From an uncultured Winogradskyella sp. (GTDB taxonomy: Bacteria; Bacteroidota; Bacteroidia; Flavobacteriales; Flavobacteriaceae), in the NCBI RefSeq assembly GCF_947495255.1, contig NZ_CANLYI010000001.1:550044-614043 (forward strand): a stretch of DNA of 64,000 nucleotides. Reading direction: 5' to 3'. Both the position numbers and the translations under genes were made by a program. Under the pieces are notes generated by a model. That model saw only the letters and a program-made list of their open reading frames with translations, did no database searches and was not told the origin of the DNA. Shown in pieces: positions 20,981 through 29,000 of this stretch (position 1 is its first letter; each line of letters begins with the position of its first letter).

Positions 20981-21049
20981 ATTCTGAAAGTCTTTTTTGT
21001 TCTTGTAGAAATCTAATAAGCATAGATTCGTGTCTTTCGCAAGAATGAC
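20981..21049. repeat. Two decayed hairpin-repeat copies
   Basis: attctgaaagtcttttttgttcttgtagaaatc (20981-21013), and gattcgtgtctttcgcaagaatgac (21025-21049, the reverse complement of a GTCATTC.TGCGAAAG.. unit). They are followed by tgacaaatcgagtg, an arm of the 14915 element. Confidence 0.45.
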
Positions 21050-21368
21050 AAATCGAGTGTGAAAAATTATTTTTCAAAAAAATTGTAACAAAATTCTTTC
21101 ATTTGCTACTGATATATTGAAAGTGGTTTAATTCTCGAATCTTTTTTAAAGCTTCAAAGATTTTAAATAACCATTCTACAAATAACCATCACATACCATT
21201 GACATTACTAATTTGGATAAATTAAAATCCAAAAAAAGATTTCAAAGAAACCATGACTAATTACGTCTAACTTGGTGGCAATTTTGTGTCTAATTTACTT
21301 TCAAAATAATAAGCTTTAAAACTTATTATGGTTGTATATTTATTAACTCAAATAAAACCCTAGAAATT

Positions 21369-21989
21369 ATGGCAAATTGGTTTTCAAATTTAGAATTGCT
21401 ATCCCAAATATATTGGTTAACGGCTATTATTGGTTCTCTTGTTTTTTCTGTGGTTATGATTATGGCTTTTACAGGAGGCGATGCTGATGATATTGATGGT
21501 GACGTTGAAGCAGGATTTCAGTTTATTTCCTTTAAAAACCTTGTTGGCTTTTTTACCATTTTTGGTTGGAGTGGCATTGCATGTATAGATTCTGGACTTT
21601 CAACACCAGCGACCATTCTAGTTTCCGTGATTTGCGGTTTACTAATGATGGTGATTATGGCAGCACTCTTCTTTTTTATTAGTAAGCTCTCAGATAGTGG
21701 TACTTTAAATTACAAAAATGCGCTAGATGCTGTTGGTGAAGTGTATTTAACAATCGGAGAAGACCGCTCTAAAATGGGAAAAGTAAGTGTTAGTGTGCAA
21801 GGTTCTATGAGAGAATTAGATGCTTTAACCGATTCCTTAACACCATTAAAAACTGGGACCATTATAAAAGTCGTTGATGTCACTTCTAACGGAATCCTCA
21901 TTGTAGACCAAACACGTAAACCTATTGAGCCTTCAAAAGCACAAACCGAACTATTGAGTAACAACACTCAAAAGAAAATATCTAACTAA
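21369..21989 (+). CDS. YqiJ/NfeD-like membrane protein (flotillin partner)
   Basis: 206 aa. Three or four TM segments, then a C-terminal OB-like soluble domain (GKVSVSVQGSMRELDALT...GTIIKVVDV). Sits directly upstream of a flotillin gene. Confidence 0.6.
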   Translation: MANWFSNLELLSQIYWLTAIIGSLVFSVVMIMAFTGGDADDIDGDVEAGFQFISFKNLVGFFTIFGWSGIACIDSGLSTPATILVSVICGLLMMVIMAALFFFISKLSDSGTLNYKNALDAVGEVYLTIGEDRSKMGKVSVSVQGSMRELDALTDSLTPLKTGTIIKVVDVTSNGILIVDQTRKPIEPSKAQTELLSNNTQKKISN

Positions 21990-22014
21990 AAACAAACCTT
22001 CAAATTTAAAAACT

Positions 22015-23628
22015 ATGAATTTACTAACCATCCAAGAAAATTTTAATGTCGAGAGCCTAGGGCTTCCTATGGTCGCCATTTTTGTGGTCTTATTTATTGT
22101 ACTGACTTTAATTATTTTAATAAAACGCTACAAACGTTGTCCATCAGATAGAATTTTAGTGGTCTACGGAAAAGTTGGAGGCGGACAATCTGCTAAATGT
22201 ATCCATGGTGGCGCTGCTTTTATTATTCCTGTGATTCAAGATTATGAATTCTTAGAATTAACACCTATTTCTATCGAAGTAAATTTGGTAAACGCCTTAT
22301 CTAAACAAAATATTCGTGTTAACGTACCATCGCGTTTTACAATTGGTGTATCTACAGAACCAGGTATTATGCAAAATGCTGCCGAACGTTTATTAGGATT
22401 AGGACAAAATGAAATCCAAGAATTAGCCCAAGAAATTATTTTTGGCCAATTACGTTTGGTAGTTGCTTCAATGGATATTGAGGAAATTAACAACGATAGA
22501 GATAAATTTTTAACTAACATTTCGCAGTCTGTAGAAACCGAATTAAAGAAAGTAGGTTTAAAACTAATTAACGTAAACATTACAGATATCGTTGATGAGT
22601 CTGGTTATATTGAAGCCCTTGGTAAGGAAGCTGCAGCACATGCTATTAACGCAGCACGTAAATCGGTTGCAGAGAAAACTAGAGATGGTTCAATTGGTGA
22701 AGCTAATGCAGAACAAGATGAAAGAACCCAAGTTGCAGAATTACATGCTAAAGCAAAAATTGGTGAAGCAAATGCAAACCAAAATGAAAGAGTACAAACT
22801 GCAAGTGCTATAGCATTGGCAAAAATTGGTGAAGCAGAATCTTTAAAAGACGAAAGAATTAAAACCTCTGAAGCAAATGCACGTGCTATTGATGGAGAGA
22901 ATACAGCAAAAATATCGATTGCAGAATCAGATGCGTTAAGAAGAGAAAAAGAAGCAGAAGCAGAAAAACGAGCTATTACCTCTGAAAAAGTACAAGCCGC
23001 TAAAGCTTTAGAAGAAGCTTATGCTGCAGAAAGAGAAGCAGAAGTTGCCAGAGCAGAACGTGTACGCTCAACACAATTAGCAGATATAGTTGTACCAGCC
23101 GAAATTGATAAACAAAAAGCTGAAATTGATGCAGAGGCCGAAGCAGAACGCACAAGAAGACAAGCTAAAGGTGAAGCAGATGCTATTTTGTTTAAAGCAC
23201 AAGCAGAAGCACAAGGACAGTTTGAAATCTTAACCAAACAAGCTGCTGGTATGGAACAAATTGTAAAAGCGGCTGGTAACAACAGTAGAGACGCTGTATT
23301 ATTATTAATTGCAGACAAATTACCAGAATTGGTAAGAATTCAATCAGAAGCAATTAAGAATATTAAAATTGATAAAGTAACGGTTTGGGATAATGGCAGT
23401 AGTGGTGAAGATGGAAAATCTTCTACTGCTAATTTCTTATCTGGTATGTACAAATCAGTACCACCTTTACAAGAAATGTTTAATATGGCTGGTATGGATT
23501 TACCAGAGTATTTAAAAGGAAAAGACAAAAAAGAAATTGAAGCAGAAGAAGCTAAAATTGAAACTGATGCAACTGCTATTGAAGATGTTATAGTTGAAGT
23601 TAAAGAACCTAATATTGAAAAGTCTTAA
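22015..23628 (+). CDS. Flotillin / SPFH-domain protein (YqiK/FloT-like)
   Basis: 537 aa. N-terminal membrane anchor, SPFH domain, and a long Ala/Glu-rich coiled-coil repeat region. Confidence 0.85.
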   Translation: MNLLTIQENFNVESLGLPMVAIFVVLFIVLTLIILIKRYKRCPSDRILVVYGKVGGGQSAKCIHGGAAFIIPVIQDYEFLELTPISIEVNLVNALSKQNIRVNVPSRFTIGVSTEPGIMQNAAERLLGLGQNEIQELAQEIIFGQLRLVVASMDIEEINNDRDKFLTNISQSVETELKKVGLKLINVNITDIVDESGYIEALGKEAAAHAINAARKSVAEKTRDGSIGEANAEQDERTQVAELHAKAKIGEANANQNERVQTASAIALAKIGEAESLKDERIKTSEANARAIDGENTAKISIAESDALRREKEAEAEKRAITSEKVQAAKALEEAYAAEREAEVARAERVRSTQLADIVVPAEIDKQKAEIDAEAEAERTRRQAKGEADAILFKAQAEAQGQFEILTKQAAGMEQIVKAAGNNSRDAVLLLIADKLPELVRIQSEAIKNIKIDKVTVWDNGSSGEDGKSSTANFLSGMYKSVPPLQEMFNMAGMDLPEYLKGKDKKEIEAEEAKIETDATAIEDVIVEVKEPNIEKS

Positions 23629-23718
23629 GACTAATATTTATAAAAATTAGTACACTTTAGAAATGTTTGGTTGAGCGTATTCTAAATGCTCGAACTGACA
23701 AAATGAAACATCTTTAAA

Positions 23719-24192
23719 TTGAATAAAATAAACTACATAAGTCCAGTATCTACACTACAAAAAGTGTATGGTTCTGGACTTTTTATTATTGGTGCTTTTA
23801 GCATTTTTACAAGCGGAATAGGATTTATCTTTATTGCTGCGAGTCTTTATTTTTTTCAAACAAATGGTATTGAAATTAATCTAACCACAAAAACCTATCG
23901 TAAAACCATCAACATATTAAGTTTAAGCTTTGGCAAATGGCTAGATTTACCAGATATAGAATATGTTTCCGTTTTTAAAACAACAACGTCTTCTAGAGTT
24001 TGGGTATCTTCCGCTAGTACAAAGGTTACTAATACAGTTATAAAAGTCAATTTATTCTATAATACCAATCAGAAAATTGAAGCATTTGTCGCAGATAATA
24101 CAAAAGACGCTTTTGAGGTTGCCAAACAAATTGCTTCAGCTTTAGAAGTTGATGTTTTAGATGCAACATCTAGAGATACCAAATGGTTATAA
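23719..24192 (+). CDS. Small two-TM membrane protein of unknown function (paralog of 16390-16935)
   Basis: 157 aa with a TTG start and no in-frame ATG. Two TM segments. Shares motifs with the 16390 ORF. Confidence 0.55.
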   Translation: MNKINYISPVSTLQKVYGSGLFIIGAFSIFTSGIGFIFIAASLYFFQTNGIEINLTTKTYRKTINILSLSFGKWLDLPDIEYVSVFKTTTSSRVWVSSASTKVTNTVIKVNLFYNTNQKIEAFVADNTKDAFEVAKQIASALEVDVLDATSRDTKWL

Positions 24193-24207
24193 TTAAAACC
24201 AGAACTC

Positions 24208-24516
24208 ATGTTATTTATCAGTATTCTTTTTATTGTTTTAGGCACACTTATTAAATACGGAAAAATGTATTTTTTAATTGCAGGTTACAACACCATGTCT
24301 AAAGAAAAACAAAAAAACTACGATATAGAAGGTATTGCTGCTGTATTTAGAAATGCCATGTTTGGTATGGCTTTAATAATGCTTATAGGTTTAGGCTTAA
24401 GCCATTGGTTAGAGATACCCAAATTAGAAGACTATGTCTTCTTTGGTGCTTTAACAATTGGTGTTCCGTATATACTTATGGCTTCAAACTCTGATAAATT
24501 TAAATTAGACAAATAG
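24208..24516 (+). CDS. DUF3784-like small membrane protein
   Basis: 102 aa. Three hydrophobic segments; the IAGYNTMSKEKQKNYD motif is typical of DUF3784. Confidence 0.6.
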   Translation: MLFISILFIVLGTLIKYGKMYFLIAGYNTMSKEKQKNYDIEGIAAVFRNAMFGMALIMLIGLGLSHWLEIPKLEDYVFFGALTIGVPYILMASNSDKFKLDK

Positions 24517-24708
24517 TATATTAACATATGAGATACAGTTAATTTTAACAGCTCGTAAATTTCATTTGTTATGATTTTATCATTTCGCAATCTGGATTTC
24601 ATAATGCGACGCTTTAGAGGGCAAAAGTGGATTGACTGGAAAAACAAAAAGCCATTACCAATACCAATCGTTTTACCTAAAGTTCTAACCTATATTGAAT
24701 TCTCTTTG

Positions 24709-24716
24709 TATATTTG
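24709..24716 (+). promoter_or_regulatory. -7 promoter box (tatatttg) for the 24731 gene
   Basis: Exact TAnnTTTG 14 nt upstream of the ATG at 24731. It lies inside the longer TTG-initiated ORF, which argues for the shorter start. Confidence 0.45.
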
Positions 24717-24730
24717 CCCAGATTTTTAAA

Positions 24731-25222
24731 ATGAAAAAAATGAAAAATATTGTATTAATTGTCGCTTTATTAGCTTTTAGTTTTGGTAACGCACAAGCCT
24801 TTGAAGGTAAAGGAGACCAGAAATTTCAAGTTGGTGCTAATATTCAAGATTATGCTACTGGGATTAATGTAAGTTTCGATCACGGTTTAGGTGAAAATAT
24901 CTCTGTTGGTGTATCGTCTTCTTATGCTTTAGGTGGTTCTAGTTGGATTGAAGATTTAGATTTTGGTGATCGTTTCGATTTAAAAGCGCGTTTTAACGCT
25001 AACCTAGGTAACGTTATTAACCTTGACGAAAACTTTGACTTTTATCCAGGTTTAAACCTAAGCCTTAAAAACTTTGGTGGACATGTTGGTGCACGTTATT
25101 TCTTTTCGCCAGGTTTTGGTGTTTTTACAGAAGCTAACTTTCCTTTAGCTAAATATGATAAAGACTCAATTGATATTCATAACCAATTTACTTTAAATCT
25201 TGGTATGACCTTCAATTTGTAA
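24731..25222 (+). CDS. Small outer-membrane beta-barrel protein
   Basis: Start moved to the ATG at 24731 (MKKMKNIVLIVALLAFSFGNAQA signal peptide). Alternating Gly/aromatic strands; C-terminal ...LGMTFNL. Confidence 0.6.
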   Translation: MKKMKNIVLIVALLAFSFGNAQAFEGKGDQKFQVGANIQDYATGINVSFDHGLGENISVGVSSSYALGGSSWIEDLDFGDRFDLKARFNANLGNVINLDENFDFYPGLNLSLKNFGGHVGARYFFSPGFGVFTEANFPLAKYDKDSIDIHNQFTLNLGMTFNL

Positions 25223-25246
25223 GAACCTAATAAACTCATATAAAAA

Positions 25247-25281
25247 AGCCTTTTTGTAATATAACAGAAAGGCTTTTTTAT
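25247..25281. terminator. Bidirectional terminator between the OMP gene and recX
   Basis: Stem agcctttttgt / acagaaaggct (10 of 11), with an A-run upstream and a T-run downstream. Confidence 0.65.
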
Positions 25282-25751
25282 TTAATATACTCATTCAGTT
25301 TCTCGTAAACCAAATGCGATTCCCATCCACGATAAAACAGGTAATCGGCTACTTTCTTTTTCTTTTTGTATTTGTCCTTTTCTTTAACCTGATCAATTCG
25401 CTTTAACGTTAACGCATCTAAAGTCTGGTAATAATCATCTAAGTCAATTTCTTTTAAAGCCACATCAATACTATATTTAGAAATATCTCTAGATTTTAAT
25501 TCTCTTACCAAACGGATTTTTCCCCATTTTTTAATTCTGAATTTACCACTCACAAACGTCTTTGCAAAACGCTCTTCGTTAAGGAAATTATGCTCAATTA
25601 AATGCACCAAAACAACATCTATAGCTTCCGGAATCATACGCATTTCCCAAAGCTTATTTCGTACTTCTTTATGGCAACGCTCTTGATAAGCACAATAACT
25701 TTCTAGCCTTCTTTTAGCTTCTTCAACAGTATAAGTTTTGTGTGTATCCAT
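25278..25751 (-). CDS. recX: Recombination regulator RecX
   Basis: 157 aa. YCAYQERCHKEVRNKL... and repeated three-helix modules typical of RecX. Confidence 0.8.
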   Translation of the reverse strand: MDTHKTYTVEEAKRRLESYCAYQERCHKEVRNKLWEMRMIPEAIDVVLVHLIEHNFLNEERFAKTFVSGKFRIKKWGKIRLVRELKSRDISKYSIDVALKEIDLDDYYQTLDALTLKRIDQVKEKDKYKKKKKVADYLFYRGWESHLVYEKLNEYIK

Positions 25752-25993
25752 TAGATCAAAAATACAATAGATTATTTATAATTAACGGATTTATTACGCT
25801 TGTCAACCTGATGCGAAAAAGCCTTAACAAACCAAGCCAATACGTAAAACGTTAGGGATGTAATAAACTCTAAATTACTGAACATTGCACTTGGTCGAAT
25901 AAACTTGTTTTTCACGGATAATCGACCCGAATTATTAACCATTTGTTAATAAAAATGTATCTTACAAGACACTGACCTGCAAGGTATTTGAAG

Positions 25994-26001
25994 TAACTTT
26001 G
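25994..26001 (+). promoter_or_regulatory. -7 promoter box (taactttg) for the large surface-protein gene
   Basis: Exact TAnnTTTG 30 nt upstream of the ATG at 26032. It overlaps the TTG at 25999 used by the ORF track. Confidence 0.45.
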
Positions 26002-26031
26002 AAGGCTATTAATTCATTTTTATTATCCCTT

Positions 26032-29000
26032 ATGATTAAAAACTACTTTTTACCATTTATATTTATTTGTCTTGCTTTAAACTTCAGTTTTGGGCAAACA
26101 ACCATAGGAATTCAAGATTTTGAATCCGTACCTGCTACGCCAACAATGACTTATACAGGTGGCTCTATTGCTACAGGTAATGGACCTTTTCCTACTGGAG
26201 ATGATAATTTTGTTAGTGGCTCTCAGGCCATTGAAGAAAGCGACGGAACTTCTACAGTTTTATTTTCTAGTGTAGACGCCTCAGGATATACATCAATTTA
26301 TTTCACATTTCGTTTAGCTTCTTTCTCCGGAACTTCCGGAAATGGAGCTGATGGTTCTGATGAAGTTTTTGTTGGTGTAAGCACAGATGGTGGAGCAACT
26401 TGGTCTGATGAATTAGAAATAGAAGGTAATTCAAACGCTAGGTGGTCATTTGATTCAGGTACAGGAACCGCATCTACAACTTTTGACGGTGATAATTCTG
26501 CTACAATATTCACTCCATCAGGAGGTGGCAATAGGACATCTGACGGTTATAGTACAATAACTATCAATGATTTACCTAATTCTTCAAATCTAAGAGTGAG
26601 GTTGATTATGAATAATAATTCCGGTAACGAATACTGGATTGTTGATGATGCAGAAATTTTAGGAACACCAGCTGCTGCTTGTACATCTCCAACAGCTCAA
26701 CCTACAAGTTTAGTTTTAAATAACATAACAAGTTCATCAATTGATGGTTCATTCACCGCATCAGCAGCAGATAGTTATTTAGTGGTTGCGAGTTCATCTG
26801 CAACATTGGGTGCAAATCCTGTAGATGGAACAACTTATACAATTGGTGATACTTTAGGGAGTGGAACAGTTATTCAAAGTTCTACAACAACTACATTTTC
26901 TGCAACTGGTTTAACACAAAACACCCAATATTACTTTTTTGTATTTGCTTATAATGGTTCTGGTTGTTCAGGTGGACCATTGTATTATACACCAAGTCCA
27001 TTAATTGGAGATGATACTTCTTTAACAGGACCTTGTCTTTCTGACAATTTCGATTCAGGTTATGGTAATTGGACAGGAGGCTCAGGTACATACATTAATG
27101 GCACAGCTGGAAACACAGGTAATGGCATCGGTTTTAATGACAATAATGATGATATAATTACTTCAGTTGCACTTACTGACCCAACGTCTTTAAGTTTTAT
27201 AGCGCGCGCATCAGGTGGAACATCTAATTACACTATAAATTTTGAATATGCTACAGCACCAACAGGACCATGGACAACTGTATCTTCAATTGTTGCTGAT
27301 GGATCAAATACTGGTGATATTACAACTACTGCAAATACATTTAATATCAATTTAAACTTAATTGGTGATTATTATATTAGAATTCTGCAATCACCAAGAT
27401 CTGGTGGTTCGTTTTACCTAGATGATGTTGAAATTTTCTGTGGAGCTTCTACTCCTGAACCAGAGTTACAATTGGTAGATGACACCTCAACTAATCAAAA
27501 CTGTGGATACACTATAGATTTTGGAAATGTTGCCAATGATGGAAGCACTGCTGATTTAACATTTAATATAGATAATATTGGATCATTAGATTTAAATATA
27601 AGTTCTCTAGCTATTACTGGTGAATATACAATTGTATCACCTACTGCTACTCCGTTTGCTATTGCAGCAGGAAGCTCGCAAACGGTAACAGTTCGTTTTA
27701 CTCCTACGTCAGTTGGAACAATAACAGGGATACTTACTATTAATAATGACGATGCAGATGAAAGTACTTGTACGGTTAATTTAACAGGTGAAGGCTTTAC
27801 GCCATCGCCAGAAATAGACGTTGAAAGAGATACAACGTTTGCATCAATTGCAAATGGAAGTGCTGCCAATACTGGTAACAATACCATTTTTGCTGGAACA
27901 GAAATTGGAACTGCCACACCAGCTTTAAAGTCATACTACATTAGAAATGAAGGAACTGCCGATTTAAATGTAACTAGCATTTCTTCCTCTAATACAGCTG
28001 AATTTTCAATTTCAACCAATCCTGCACCTATAACTTTAATTCCTGGAGATTTTGTACAATTTGATATAGAATTCTCACCAATTAATTCTGGAACAAGAAC
28101 TGGGACAATAACAATTGTTAGTGATGATAGCGACGAAAACCCTTATACTTTTGGTGTAAGTGGCGAAGGTGTTTGTGCATCTTTAAGTGGTTCTATATCG
28201 CCAGCAGAAGGACCTGCAGGCACAATTGTAACGATTGTTTCACCTGGAAATGACCTAGCAGGTGCAACAGCAAGTTTAAATGGAGTATCACTAACACCTG
28301 TATCTGATAGTACGTTAGAGCTAGTTGTTAGATTGCCAAATACTATAATTAGTGGAGGACCATTAAGTATTCAATTATCTAATGGATGTACATTTAGTAA
28401 TACATTTAACCTCATTGATAACACTATTGCTGGTTGCCAAACGACCTCTAGTACTGTGGTTGGTGATTTATTTATTAGTGAGATAACAGATTCTCCTACC
28501 GGAAGTTTATCATATATAGAATTATATAATGGTACAGGTGCACCAATTTATTTTTCAACTACGAATTTCAGCGTTAGAATATATAATAACGGAAATACTA
28601 CTACATTTAATGATATAATTCTTAATTCTGGATCAGTCGCAGATGGAGACACCTATGTTATTTCATGTGGCACTAACGATTCACAATGTCCAGTTACAGG
28701 TGGTGATGGCAGTTTAGCGCAAGTAGATTTGGCTACTATTGGAGCAAGTATTAATTTTTTCGCTTCAGGAAATCAGAACATCGGACATGATTTTATAGGC
28801 TTATATGATGCATCGTCATCCCTTGTTGATTCTTGGGGAGCTTTTGGAGATGAAACTTGGGCTACTGGTCTAGGACTTGGTGACAAAGGAGCAGATTTTC
28901 AAAGAGATATAAACGCAACGTTTCCGAACACGACATTTTCTACCGCAGATTGGATAATTATAGATTGGACTGACATTGATTGTAGTGATGTTGATTACTC

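Noticed and set aside
21019-21059. Two 5-codon mini-ORFs with similar peptides (ATGACAAATCGAGTGTGA at 21045-21062 and ATGACTAATTACGTCTAA at 21253-21270; MTNRV / MTNYV) considered as leader peptides
   Set aside because: The first is simply part of a REP-arm copy (tgacaaatcgagtg). The resemblance is only at the amino-acid level over 5 codons and is most likely coincidence.
22700-23250. Repetitive Ala/Glu/Lys-rich DNA inside the flotillin gene; considered as a tandem repeat or contingency locus
   Set aside because: The repeats are imperfect, in frame, and correspond to the EA-rich coiled-coil region characteristic of flotillins. There is no exact DNA-level tandem unit.
24570-24728. 52-codon ATG ORF (MILSFRNLDFIMRRFRGQKWIDWKNKKPLPIP...) in the spacer before the OMP gene
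   Set aside because: It is short, has no motif, and runs through the predicted -7 box of the downstream gene. It is most likely non-coding or a gene fragment, and cannot be supported from sequence alone.
25999-26031. Longer N-terminal extensions proposed by the ORF track (25999, 24695, 46184, 59816, 41031)
   Set aside because: The non-ATG starts at 25999 and 46184 fall inside a TAnnTTTG -7 box; the one at 41031 lies within 3 nt downstream of such a box. The starts at 24695 and 59816 lie upstream of the box or add residues before a clean signal peptide or lipobox. In each case the downstream ATG gives a canonical N-terminus.
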